A stretch of 64,000 nucleotides of DNA from Candidatus Saccharimonadales bacterium. GTDB lineage: Bacteria > Patescibacteriota > Saccharimonadia > Saccharimonadales > EFPC-124. Below are positions 47,123-56,115 of this stretch, in pieces (position 1 is the stretch's first letter; each line of letters opens with the position of its first letter). The translations under genes were made by a program, and so were the position numbers. Below the pieces are notes generated by a model. It was not told the origin of the DNA. It worked only from the letters and a program-made list of their open reading frames with translations, and did not search any database. The stretch lies in NCBI GenBank assembly GCA_035710125.1, contig DASTDY010000039.1, positions 6,848 through 70,847 of the forward strand. Direction: 5' to 3'.

Positions 47123-47906
47123 TATGAGGATGTGATTGGTAATTCTCTAATACAAAATTGTCTTGCTTAAAGTCGTCTATACCACTCGCCTCGCCCACAA
47201 TTTTTAATTGCGGGAACGCAAATGGCTTGCGCCTTACCTGCTCTTTTGCTTGTTCTAAATGGTTATTGTAAAGGTGTGCGTTCCCAATTGTCACAATTAA
47301 CTCACGAGCCTCCAAACCTGTTACATGGGCGACCATGTACAGCAGCAGCGAATACTGTGCAATGTTAAATGGCAAACCTAAAAATACATCAGAAGACCGC
47401 TGGTATAGCTGCATTCGCAACTTGCCTTTTGTGGCGTCAAATTGGAACATTGTGTGGCAGGGTGGCAGCCGCATTTCGCTAAGCTCACCGGCGTTCCAGG
47501 CACTTACCAAGATTGCTTTGGAGTCTGGATTATTCTTGAGCTGGTCAATTGCCCATTGCAATTGGTCGAATTCCGTGCCATCTGGCCGTTGCCAATGGCG
47601 CCACTGGACGCCGTATACGCGACCGAGCTCTAAATTTTCATCGGCAAAGTCGTCCCAGTAATGGATTCCGTGGTCCTGCAAGTACTTGATGTTAGAGCTG
47701 CCAGAAACAAACCAAAGCTGCTCGTGCATTAAAATTTTGAACGGCATTTTTTTAGTGGTAAGCAAAGGAAACCCTTGGCGCAAATCAAACCGAAGTTGGT
47801 ATCCAAAGATCGACTTTATACCATGGACACCTCTGGTAGGCTTACTTTTGCCGTTTTTGAGGATCTCGGCCATCAGTTTTAAATATTGGTATTCGGAGTG
47901 ACTCAT
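47097..47906 (-). CDS. thyA: Thymidylate synthase (ThyA type)
   Basis: 269 aa. LPPCHTMFQF catalytic Cys motif, YQRSSDVFLGLPFNIAQY. 26-bp convergent overlap with the GT4 gene. Confidence 0.95.
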   Translation of the reverse strand: MSHSEYQYLKLMAEILKNGKSKPTRGVHGIKSIFGYQLRFDLRQGFPLLTTKKMPFKILMHEQLWFVSGSSNIKYLQDHGIHYWDDFADENLELGRVYGVQWRHWQRPDGTEFDQLQWAIDQLKNNPDSKAILVSAWNAGELSEMRLPPCHTMFQFDATKGKLRMQLYQRSSDVFLGLPFNIAQYSLLLYMVAHVTGLEARELIVTIGNAHLYNNHLEQAKEQVRRKPFAFPQLKIVGEASGIDDFKQDNFVLENYQSHPHIKAPLVVL

Positions 47907-49402
47907 ATAATCCGCCTTATCTTTTTACCTGCTTTTTGTAACAGTTTTATCGCATAACCGTCGGAGTGGTCTGTGTTGTATACAATTTCGGCAATTGCCG
48001 TTTGGGAAAGCATTCGGGCACAGGTAGGGCAAGGCAGCAAATTTATAAATAAGGTTGTCCCCTTTAAACCAATTTTTTGCTCGGCTGCGTTTAGCAGCAA
48101 TGCTGTTTCTGCGTGGATTGTGTCGTAAAAGTTAAGGTCGTTTGGGGGCGAAAAGTGCTCTTCGCGCGTGGATCCATAATGCATGGCGTAGGTCTTAAAC
48201 GGCACCACCTGGTTGCAGGAGGTAGCGAGTAATTTGTATCCGTTTTTAGACGGCTTTACCAGGGCGGCGCCGGTCTGGAAATCGTGCGCAAACGAAAGCG
48301 AGGCGCTACGCGCAACAACCTGCATTATGCGGTCTTCGCTCAAATCCGAATCTTTTGGCATGGGCTGGGCACTTTGCATTTGGGCTTCGTAGGCACGCGC
48401 CTCTTGCTCGTCGCTAAAAGGAGATATGAGTGCATAGGGGATGCGTCTTTTTACAAGAGTGTAGTACTCTGGCCGGACATGAAATATCTTATGCCACGAC
48501 CCGTTTATAAATATCGCGTGCTTAAAATCAATTTTTTCTAGTATAAACGGAAGCTCGCGCTGGAAATACACAAGGGTGTATATGTTATGCTTTTTGCTTG
48601 CTTTGTTAACCCTATCTACCAAAGGTTGGATCTCTGCGGCTTGCAAGGTCTTAAATTGCGGCTGGCCCTCGAAACCGTCTATGTAGGGCTCTTTTGCCAG
48701 GCCAATAACTAGATTGCCTTTGGGTAAGTATGCCTTTACAAGCTCAGTGAGCCGCCGCGTGCTTAACTGGCGCGGCGCGGCAATAAACGTTGCGGCAAGT
48801 TTGCTTACCTGCTTCTTGTTGCCGAATGCAAGGTCTGACCAGTCTAAACTATATGTGCTGGCTGCCTGATCCGCTAAAGTCTCTTGGTATTTTTGGTCAA
48901 ACCGCGTTGCTAAGGCTTCTACTTTTTTAGCGATTTTTTTGTACTTTGCTGCGTTTTCGAGCGGCGTATTGGCGAGCCTGCGGTAATTCCATGTACTTAA
49001 ATCGGGCGCATCAAAGGGTATGGCGTGGTAATGGATATGGCCAACGGTGCTTTGGGCGCTTGCGCCTTCTTTCTGCACAAACTGCACCCCTTTTATGTTG
49101 TGCGCCTCTTTTATCATTTTTTTTGCAAGATACATAAACTTGCGGATTGTCTCCCATTCTTGGGGCATAAAATCTTTAGGCGATTCAATGTGGCGGCGCG
49201 GTACAATCATCATGTGGCCGTCTATGTATGCAAAGAGCGTTATTGTAAGTACAATACCGTTTTCTTCGCGAAGAATGTACTTGTCGCGCAGGTCGCAAAA
49301 CACGCATTTGCCGACGTTTTTCCATATAGAATCGTAGTTATTAGTAAACCTGGCGTCGCGGTAGAGCTCTTGTTTTTTACGATCTTCGGTGGGCGTGTTC
49401 AT
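47903..49402 (-). CDS. Three-part fusion: HIT-family (GalT-like) domain, unknown central domain, dCMP/CMP deaminase domain
   Basis: 499 aa. GHMMIVPRRH and GHIHYHAIP (HIT histidine triad) at the N-terminus. HAETALL and PCPTCARM (zinc-dependent cytidine/dCMP deaminase) at the C-terminus. 4-bp overlaps with thyA and the upstream gene. Confidence 0.75.
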   Translation of the reverse strand: MNTPTEDRKKQELYRDARFTNNYDSIWKNVGKCVFCDLRDKYILREENGIVLTITLFAYIDGHMMIVPRRHIESPKDFMPQEWETIRKFMYLAKKMIKEAHNIKGVQFVQKEGASAQSTVGHIHYHAIPFDAPDLSTWNYRRLANTPLENAAKYKKIAKKVEALATRFDQKYQETLADQAASTYSLDWSDLAFGNKKQVSKLAATFIAAPRQLSTRRLTELVKAYLPKGNLVIGLAKEPYIDGFEGQPQFKTLQAAEIQPLVDRVNKASKKHNIYTLVYFQRELPFILEKIDFKHAIFINGSWHKIFHVRPEYYTLVKRRIPYALISPFSDEQEARAYEAQMQSAQPMPKDSDLSEDRIMQVVARSASLSFAHDFQTGAALVKPSKNGYKLLATSCNQVVPFKTYAMHYGSTREEHFSPPNDLNFYDTIHAETALLLNAAEQKIGLKGTTLFINLLPCPTCARMLSQTAIAEIVYNTDHSDGYAIKLLQKAGKKIRRII

Positions 49403-49965
49403 GGGCGTTCTTTAAGAGGGTCTTTGCGTAACTCCATAAAATCTTTAAATACGTCACCTAAGTGGCCGCCGATGGCGCGCTGGATAATCCTTGTCGTAGA
49501 TATTGCGGTGGATTGCCGGTCTATGATTTTTACTTCGCCGCCGTATTTTGTGACCGTTTTGTACTCTTTAGAATTCATGTAGTCGTCGTTCCAGTCTTCT
49601 TTAACGGTTACGTACACATCTGGTTTGAGCAGGCCGAGCGACGGAGCGCAACTTGGCTCGGGCAAAATAGTGACAAAATCGACCGAACGCAAAAAGGTAA
49701 GCATTTCGGCCCTAATCTTTTCGTCTAGCACTGGCTTGGTGGCTCCTTTAACTTTACGGATGGCCTCGTTGCTACTGACGCCCACAACCAGTATGTCGCC
49801 CTCTTGCTTTGCCCTTTCTAGGTAGCGGCATTGGCCAGCGTGGATAAGATCCCACGAGCCTGCTGTAAAGACTATTTTTTTGCCACGCGCCTTAAGTTGT
49901 TCGTGTAGCGCCATTAGGTCGCTTTGCGAAATAAACCGTTTTTTCCAGCCAGTACTTGCAGCCAT
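49399..49965 (-). CDS. Cytidylyl/adenylyltransferase family protein (RfaE domain II / TagD-like)
   Basis: Start at the ATG at 49965 after GAGAGGGG. IVFTAGSWDLIHAGQCRYLERAKQEGDILVVGVSSNEAIRKVKG matches the HxGH nucleotidyltransferase region, but reads HAGQ. Confidence 0.7.
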   Translation of the reverse strand: MAASTGWKKRFISQSDLMALHEQLKARGKKIVFTAGSWDLIHAGQCRYLERAKQEGDILVVGVSSNEAIRKVKGATKPVLDEKIRAEMLTFLRSVDFVTILPEPSCAPSLGLLKPDVYVTVKEDWNDDYMNSKEYKTVTKYGGEVKIIDRQSTAISTTRIIQRAIGGHLGDVFKDFMELRKDPLKERP

Positions 49966-49990
49966 ATTCCCCTCTCTTGTTTGTTTTATT

Positions 49991-50959
49991 TTACCTTGCA
50001 AGCCCTCTTTTGAGTAGTAAGTCTTTAGTCCGCATAAAATGTTCATTTGCTAAAAGCGATTCGTAGGGGTTGTGGCGTAAAAATTTATAAAAATCGTACA
50101 CCAGGTAAAAATCGACTAGTTTTTCTAAAAGGTCAAAATCGTGTGTTTGACTCAGCGGCTGGCGCCCACGTTTTTTGTAGCCGGAAAACAAAAAATACTT
50201 ACGGATTTTGTGCTCGGGCTTATATTTGCAGTCTACTAATAAAAAGCTTAGTGTCCGGGCGATGTCTAATAGGCGATGGCCTCTGGCTGTTTTTTCGAGA
50301 TCTATGATACCGCTCACCTGCGTACCTATAAATAAGATATTGCCCCGCACAAAATCGAGGTGCAGCGCTTGTTGGTTAGGGAGTGCCGCGCACTGCATAT
50401 GTAATGTCTTAAACTGAGTGTCGACACTCGTTACGCCAAGCTTTTTGCGCATAGATTGCTGCACGCCACGATCTGAAAAATAGCGCTCCATACGCTTACT
50501 AAGCTGCATATTTTGCTGCGCAGCGTCCGGCAGCAAATGCGCAGCAAAAGGTTGAAGTGCCCGATGTATATCGCCCATTGCCCCGCCAAGTGCCTTAATG
50601 TGATCTTTAGTGTAAGCCTCCCATGGGATTGTGTTGCCTGGCAAATAGTTATGCACGGCAGCATGCCGCACTGCCCCTTGGCGATTTTTTATAACCAAAA
50701 TACGCGGGTCGGTGGCATGGCGTACGGGCAATCCCTGGCTAGCCAAAAAACGGCCCACAGCATGGGCATTTGCAATATGTGTAAGCGCGCCAGGCTCGGA
50801 TTTAAAAATAATTAGGTTTTGTTGCGTTCCGTCTGGCAACCTTAACAGATGTGATTGGTTACGGTAGCCTTTTTGTACCGACACTAGTTGGGCGTCCGGC
50901 ATATTAAAATGATCTATGATTTTCTGAAATCCGGCAGAACTCACCTTAGATTGTGGCAT
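49991..50959 (-). CDS. APH/choline-kinase family phosphotransferase
   Basis: 322 aa. Brenner motif HLDFVRGN and IIDLEKTARG. Confidence 0.7.
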   Translation of the reverse strand: MPQSKVSSAGFQKIIDHFNMPDAQLVSVQKGYRNQSHLLRLPDGTQQNLIIFKSEPGALTHIANAHAVGRFLASQGLPVRHATDPRILVIKNRQGAVRHAAVHNYLPGNTIPWEAYTKDHIKALGGAMGDIHRALQPFAAHLLPDAAQQNMQLSKRMERYFSDRGVQQSMRKKLGVTSVDTQFKTLHMQCAALPNQQALHLDFVRGNILFIGTQVSGIIDLEKTARGHRLLDIARTLSFLLVDCKYKPEHKIRKYFLFSGYKKRGRQPLSQTHDFDLLEKLVDFYLVYDFYKFLRHNPYESLLANEHFMRTKDLLLKRGLAR

Positions 50960-50998
50960 AGTTAGAGTATAGGCTATTTAGCAACAAGGATATAACAA

Positions 50999-51499
50999 AT
51001 GAAAACATTTATAATTGCCGCCACAACAGCCGACGGCTTTATTGGCCAAAGCTCCCATCACCTTTCTACGCGCTGGACAAGCCACGCCGACAAAGTGTTT
51101 TTTACTGAAACTACAAAAAAAGCCGGCGTAGTGGTTATGGGGCGCAGTACGTTTGATACTATTGGCCGCGCATTGCCAGGACGGCGCACAATTGTACTCA
51201 CTACCCGCCCGATCGACATTGAAGGTATTGAAACTACACAAGAAACACCGCAGACACTTGTTGAGCGCCTATCAAAAGAAGGCTGCGCTGAACTTGCCGT
51301 ATGCGGCGGCGCAAGCGTTTACAGCCAATTCATAGATGCAGGTGTAGTTGATGAGCTGTATCTAACAGCCCATCCTATTTTATTTGGCGCAGGCGTGCCG
51401 CTGCTGAGCAAACCCGTCACCAAACAACTTCAGCTCTTAGATTCAAAAAATATTGGCGATGATACCGTACTACTCCACTACTCAGTGGTAGCGGAATAA
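50999..51499 (+). CDS. Dihydrofolate reductase family protein (RibD C-terminal domain type)
   Basis: 166 aa. [24 protein letters not shown] resembles the DHFR MGRxTxESIGxPLPGRxNIVLS segment. Confidence 0.7.
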   Translation: MKTFIIAATTADGFIGQSSHHLSTRWTSHADKVFFTETTKKAGVVVMGRSTFDTIGRALPGRRTIVLTTRPIDIEGIETTQETPQTLVERLSKEGCAELAVCGGASVYSQFIDAGVVDELYLTAHPILFGAGVPLLSKPVTKQLQLLDSKNIGDDTVLLHYSVVAE

Positions 51500-51551
51500 T
51501 CTATAACAAAAACCGCCCAGATGGACGGTTCTTTGTTGATGCTTTTGTAGA

Positions 51552-52520
51552 TTACAGACTGCTGATATCGACTTTGATGCCAGGGCCCATAGTAGTAGTT
51601 ACAGTAACGCCTTTTACAAGGGCGCCCTTTACACTTGCAGGCTTGCTGGCGGTTAGGCTATCTAGAAATGCTTTGGCGTTTACTAGTAGTTTGTCGCCAC
51701 CGAAGCTTACCTTACCGACACCTTGGTGTACGATAGCTTGCTTGTCTACGCGGTATTCAACGCGGCCAGCTTTGGCTTCTTCTACAGCTTTGGCAACGTT
51801 GGCGGTTACGGTGCCGCTCTTAGGGTTGGGCATTAAGCCGCGTGGCCCTAATAGGCGGGCGTACTTACCAAGCTTTGGCATGTTTTGTGGGGTGCTAATA
51901 AGCACGTCGAAGTCAAGCTGCTCTTTGTCGAGCTTAGCGATGACTTCTTCTTCGCCTACAAGGTCGGCGCCAGCTTTTTTAGCTTTTTCGGCGTCGGCTG
52001 CGGCAGCGAATACGGCAATACGCACCGTTTTACCAGTACCGTGTGGCAGGCTTACGGTGCCGCGTAGGTTTTGGTCGGCTTGGCGTGGGTCCACGTTTAG
52101 GTTAACGTGTAGTTCAACAGTGCCGTCAAATTTGCCTACGCTGGTTTTGGTTGCGAGCTCTAAAGCGTCTTTAAGGCTGTAGGCCTTGTTCTTTTCGATC
52201 TGCTCGGCTACCTTGCGGTAATTTTTGCCGCGGCGCTCCAAGCGGCTACGAGTTGGGTTTTGCTTTTGCTTTACCTTGTTTTCAGCGCCTTCTTGAGGAG
52301 TGGTGTCGCCAGCGGCTTTGCGCTCTTCTTTAGCGACCTTTTCTGCGGTCTCTTTTTGGGCTTTTTCGCTGCGCTTGCCGGCTTTGGCGGCTGCTTTTTC
52401 GATCTTTTCTTCTTTTACGGCTTGCTCTGGCTTCTCGGTAGCGGTTTGGTCAGCGGCTACAGCTGCGGTTGTAGGCTCTTCAGCCTGAACTTCTTTTTTG
52501 GTGGCTTTGGTCTCTGCCAT
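51552..52520 (-). CDS. rplA: 50S ribosomal protein L1 with a ~95-aa charged N-terminal extension
   Basis: 322 aa. The L1 core starts near [23 protein letters not shown] and includes [11 protein letters not shown]. It is preceded by a Lys/Glu/Ala-rich low-complexity region. Confidence 0.9.
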   Translation of the reverse strand: MAETKATKKEVQAEEPTTAAVAADQTATEKPEQAVKEEKIEKAAAKAGKRSEKAQKETAEKVAKEERKAAGDTTPQEGAENKVKQKQNPTRSRLERRGKNYRKVAEQIEKNKAYSLKDALELATKTSVGKFDGTVELHVNLNVDPRQADQNLRGTVSLPHGTGKTVRIAVFAAAADAEKAKKAGADLVGEEEVIAKLDKEQLDFDVLISTPQNMPKLGKYARLLGPRGLMPNPKSGTVTANVAKAVEEAKAGRVEYRVDKQAIVHQGVGKVSFGGDKLLVNAKAFLDSLTASKPASVKGALVKGVTVTTTMGPGIKVDISSL

Positions 52521-52533
52521 AATTAATCTCCAT

Positions 52534-52567
52534 GTGGTGCAAACGGCCTAGCTTGTAGGCCTCCCAC
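52534..52567 (-). promoter_or_regulatory. Putative L1-binding leader structure upstream of rplA
   Basis: RNA reads GUGGGAGGCCUACAAGCUAGGCCGUUUGCACCAC, 13 nt upstream of the rplA AUG. Outer GUGG/CCAC and inner GGCCUA/UAGGCC helices. Confidence 0.45.
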
Positions 52568-52574
52568 AAATAGG

Positions 52575-53000
52575 TTATTTTTCTACTTCTACACCCATGC
52601 TGCGGGCGGTACCGGCAATTGTTTTCATGGCGGCGTCTATGTCGTTAGCGTTTAACACGCCAACTTTCTTTTCGGCGATTTCGCGGAGCTGTGCCTGGCT
52701 AAGTTTGCCTACTTTTTCTGCATGCGGCTTGCCAGAGCCCTTTTTAATGTTTAGGGCTTCGCGGATCATGTCGTCGACTGGCTGGCCAATGACTTCAAAG
52801 CTAAAGGTACGGTCTTCGAACACTTTTACGTGCGCAATGACATCTTTACCCATAAGGTCTTTAGTTTTGTCGTTAAAGGCTTGTACGAATTCCATTAGGT
52901 TTACACCTTGCTGACCCAAAATAGAACCAACAGGCGGGCCTGCGCTGGCGCGGCCAGCAGGAAGACGCATTTTAAGATTTGCTTTTACGGCCTTTGCCAT
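52575..53000 (-). CDS. rplK: 50S ribosomal protein L11
   Basis: 141 aa. PAGRASAGPPVGSILGQQGVN motif. Confidence 0.95.
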   Translation of the reverse strand: MAKAVKANLKMRLPAGRASAGPPVGSILGQQGVNLMEFVQAFNDKTKDLMGKDVIAHVKVFEDRTFSFEVIGQPVDDMIREALNIKKGSGKPHAEKVGKLSQAQLREIAEKKVGVLNANDIDAAMKTIAGTARSMGVEVEK

Positions 53001-53015
53001 AATTATTGCTCCTTT

Positions 53016-53047
53016 GTGGTACCAACGGCTTTTTAAAAGCCTCCCAC
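53016..53047 (-). promoter_or_regulatory. Putative L1-binding leader structure upstream of rplK
   Basis: RNA reads GUGGGAGGCUUUUAAAAAGCCGUUGGUACCAC, 15 nt upstream of the rplK AUG. Same architecture as the element at 52534-52567. Confidence 0.45.
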
Positions 53048-53127
53048 GTTTAGTTGATAGGAGTGCGTAACAGATAGATTATATAAGATAATGACTAAAA
53101 ATACCAGCCCTTTTACAAAATGGGCCA

Positions 53128-53167
53128 GTGGTTCTGGCAGGCAGACGATGCCGCCCGCCAGAACCAC
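53128..53167 (-). terminator. Perfect 11-bp hairpin 3' of the 53175-53717 cassette
   Basis: GTGGTTCTGGC (53128-53138) pairs with GCCAGAACCAC (53157-53167), 18-nt loop, no U tract. Confidence 0.5.
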
Positions 53168-53174
53168 CTGTTGT

Positions 53175-53717
53175 TCAGCCGCGGACCCTCACGACCGGCG
53201 CCGGTCTGGCGGGCAGCTTCCTGCCGCCGTTGTTGATGACCTGCCGCTTGTAGGTAGCGCCCCAGCTGGCCAGCTGGCTGGCGGACTCCAGCATGTTCGC
53301 CTTGATCTGAAGGAGCGCTGCCAAGGCCTCGCTGGCAACCGTGGGCTCAACGCTCATGCCGGCGTACCAAGCCAGTGTCTCGTGGATCGGCTTGGTGCGC
53401 GCGTCGATGGCGAACTTCATCCGCTGCCCGGCTGAGGCGTCGGCGTACTCGATGGACGCCTTCGGCACGCCCTTCAGCTGGGCGGAGATGCCATTGGCGT
53501 GGGCGATCAGCAGCCCGAAGTCGGTCTTGCCGTCGATGACGGGCAAGCCCCTGAGCTGCTGCGCCGCGGGCCTGGTTGTCCTGGTCAGCGTGTGTGACGC
53601 TTCGCTGTCCAGGTACCGCGGCCAGACCTCGCGCACCAGCGTGTCGAGACCGCTGATCGCGTCCAACACATCTTGCGCGATGGGCGTTTCGGTCAATGAA
53701 CCAGTTTCCGTGGTCAT
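53175..53717 (-). CDS. Hypothetical protein (GC-rich cassette)
   Basis: 180 aa. ATG after GAAAGG. No motif recognised. Confidence 0.55.
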   Translation of the reverse strand: MTTETGSLTETPIAQDVLDAISGLDTLVREVWPRYLDSEASHTLTRTTRPAAQQLRGLPVIDGKTDFGLLIAHANGISAQLKGVPKASIEYADASAGQRMKFAIDARTKPIHETLAWYAGMSVEPTVASEALAALLQIKANMLESASQLASWGATYKRQVINNGGRKLPARPAPVVRVRG

Positions 53718-53871
53718 CGGTTTTGCCTTTCGTGTCGGCTGTTTGAACAGTAACTATTGGATCATAAATTATAAATTAAGTCAATGTATTAAAAATAAAT
53801 GGCTGTTTCAGATAACATGGTGCGGAGACAGAGCGGCCCGCAAGCCGCCCTGTCCGCATCTACTTGCCTAA

Positions 53872-55053
53872 CTACTCGTCACACAAGCGGCGCGCTTGCC
53901 GCACTACCTTGTGTGCCTCGTCTTCAGTGCAACGCGCCAAGCCGCACGTCGGCCCGAACCCATCAAAGTTGTAGCCAATGATGTGTTCGATCAACCTGCG
54001 CACTTGTTGGACTTCCTGGAACGACTGACCGACCCTGCAGATCCCTGCAATGTACTCCACACCATGCCAGAGAACCAGCCACCGCAAGCCAAAATATGCA
54101 CTCGATTTTTGGCTGAGCGGCGCAGAGCCTGCAGCGATGTTGAGCAACACCTCCTTGAGTCTCGTACCGGCTACCCGCTGCAACGGGTTCACAAACGTGG
54201 CAATGGCCTTGGTTGATTGGATTTTTGCAGCCAGCTTCATTGCCCTGGCGCACCACTTTGCCTTCATACGTGGCGCTCGCCGGCCGAACACGAGATCGAC
54301 CAGCCACAGCAGCAACCCTTCAATCATGCTGGCGCTTTGGTAGTCGCCCCAGCACGGGTGAAGGCTCAGGTGGATATTGGGCGGCAACTCAGCCAAAACC
54401 TTCTGGAGGATGCCAGCCGAGTAGTGGGCGAACTTGTGGCCCAACCCCACCAGTCGGGCAAGAGCAGTCACGATCTGCCCAAACGGTGACTCGTACGACA
54501 AAATGATGTCGTTCGGGTCAACGAATTCCAAGATCTCCTTGACTTCGTTCACCCATGCCTGCACGAATCCGTCCAGGCCAACTACGTAGTTGTTAACCAG
54601 CGCGCCCCAGTCAAAAGGCGACGCCATGCCCACACGCAGCCGCAGGTGGGCGCCCTCTTCGCCAAGCTCGCGGCGAAACCCAAGGAACACCTCGTAGGCA
54701 ATGCGCGTGAGCCGCACATAGCCCAGCGGACCGATGTCTTTGGCGGTGATGTGCGCCGCAGACCGCAGGCGGCGCAGCATGTCTGCGTAGCCCTCTACCA
54801 CCAGGGGTTGCATGCCGAGCGACGTGCGTACGGTGTAGAGCGCCTGCATGCGAATCCAGTCGCGCCACATAGCAGGGTCGCCAGCCGACAGGTAGTTAAC
54901 CCGCCCACCTGTTGCGTGCCACTGCGCTCGCATGTTCTGGTGGATCATCTCGCGCAGCTGGTCGTCTGTGAGCGCCAACAGCTCGAGGTCGGGCAGATCG
55001 TTGACCTCATTGGGCCAACTACCTGGCCAACTAAACACCTTGCACTTTGCCAT
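53872..55053 (-). CDS. MetE-like / UROD-fold TIM-barrel protein (cobalamin-independent methyltransferase-like; GC-rich cassette)
   Basis: Start at the ATG at 55053 (MAKCKVFSWPG...). HLSLHPCWGDY and GFGPTCGLARCTEDEA resemble the His/Cys zinc ligands and the C-terminal PDCGL motif of the MetE family. By-eye comparison only. Confidence 0.45.
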   Translation of the reverse strand: MAKCKVFSWPGSWPNEVNDLPDLELLALTDDQLREMIHQNMRAQWHATGGRVNYLSAGDPAMWRDWIRMQALYTVRTSLGMQPLVVEGYADMLRRLRSAAHITAKDIGPLGYVRLTRIAYEVFLGFRRELGEEGAHLRLRVGMASPFDWGALVNNYVVGLDGFVQAWVNEVKEILEFVDPNDIILSYESPFGQIVTALARLVGLGHKFAHYSAGILQKVLAELPPNIHLSLHPCWGDYQSASMIEGLLLWLVDLVFGRRAPRMKAKWCARAMKLAAKIQSTKAIATFVNPLQRVAGTRLKEVLLNIAAGSAPLSQKSSAYFGLRWLVLWHGVEYIAGICRVGQSFQEVQQVRRLIEHIIGYNFDGFGPTCGLARCTEDEAHKVVRQARRLCDE

Positions 55054-55078
55054 GTCATACCGCCCTTTTGGCCAGCAC

Positions 55079-55114
55079 AAATAGATGCACCCCATGGTCG
55101 GGGTGCATCTATTT
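55079..55114 (-). terminator. Perfect 15-bp hairpin just downstream of nusG
   Basis: AAATAGATGCACCCC (55079-55093) pairs with GGGGTGCATCTATTT (55100-55114). Confidence 0.5.
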
Positions 55115-55140
55115 AAGAACAAATTGTTTTAAGGAGTCAA

Positions 55141-55686
55141 TTAAACTTTTTTCACCTGCAAGGCGTCTAGCTCAACAGGTGTGTCGCGGCCAAACATACT
55201 TACTAACACTTTGATTTTGCCTTTTTGGGTATCGATTTCGTTAATTGCGCCATCGAAGCCCTTAAATGGCCCATCAATAATATTTACAACTTCGCCAGGG
55301 GCAAAATCAATACGGTGCTTGGGCTCGTCCACGCCCATGCGTTTTTTGATTTTGGTCATTTCTTCGTCGGACACAGGGCTTGGGGTAACGCCGCTACCAA
55401 CAAAACCTGTCACGCCAGGTGTGTTGCGAATAATATACCAAGCGTCTTCTGTCATTTTCATTTCTACAAGCACGTAGCCTTGGAAAATCTTTTTTTCTAC
55501 GATCTTGCGTTTGCCATTTTTGATCTCTATTTGCTTTTCTTTTGGCACCATGACATCAAAAATTTTGTCGGCCATGTCAACAGATTCCACGCGCTGGCGG
55601 ATGCTCTCTGCTACCTTTTCTTCATAGCCGCTGTAGGTGTGGATTGCGTACCACTGCCTGGCTGAGTCGTAACGATGGGTTGTCAT
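55141..55686 (-). CDS. nusG: Transcription termination/antitermination factor NusG
   Basis: 181 aa. WYAIHTYSGYEEKV NGN start and a KOW region (GEVVNIIDGPFKGFDGAI). Confidence 0.95.
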   Translation of the reverse strand: MTTHRYDSARQWYAIHTYSGYEEKVAESIRQRVESVDMADKIFDVMVPKEKQIEIKNGKRKIVEKKIFQGYVLVEMKMTEDAWYIIRNTPGVTGFVGSGVTPSPVSDEEMTKIKKRMGVDEPKHRIDFAPGEVVNIIDGPFKGFDGAINEIDTQKGKIKVLVSMFGRDTPVELDALQVKKV

Positions 55687-55991
55687 TATAAAATTACCTG
55701 CTTAAATAGTTGTTCAAATGCATAATCCAGCCCTAAAATAAAGCCAGTCATAGCCAAAGTAAATACGATTACCGCAAGCGTGAAACCCCACGTTGCACGG
55801 CGGGTTGGCCAGCGCACTTGGCGCAGCTCTTGCCACGAACCTGTAAAATAGCCACCAATAGCGCGGATCCACTTAGGCGCGCGAACCTCGCGGCTTAGCG
55901 TTTCGTTGCCTTTGGCAAGGTCTACCCTTTTGCGTAGCACGCGTTGCACTCGCGACGGCTTCTTGTCTTGTTCGGTCGGTTTTTTAGCCAC
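55686..55991 (-). CDS. secE: Preprotein translocase subunit SecE
   Basis: 101 aa. Basic N-terminus, ELRQVRWPTRRATW, and a single C-terminal TM helix. 1-nt overlap with nusG. Confidence 0.85.
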   Translation of the reverse strand: MAKKPTEQDKKPSRVQRVLRKRVDLAKGNETLSREVRAPKWIRAIGGYFTGSWQELRQVRWPTRRATWGFTLAVIVFTLAMTGFILGLDYAFEQLFKQVIL

Positions 55992-56115
55992 GTATCACTC
56001 CTATACAAAAAACCTACCATTAGTTGGTAGGTGTCTGTTGTCAATAGTATATGATGATTTTACAACCGTCAAGCCAAAGTAGACACCGCTATATTTTTAT
56101 TGGTACGATGAAAGC

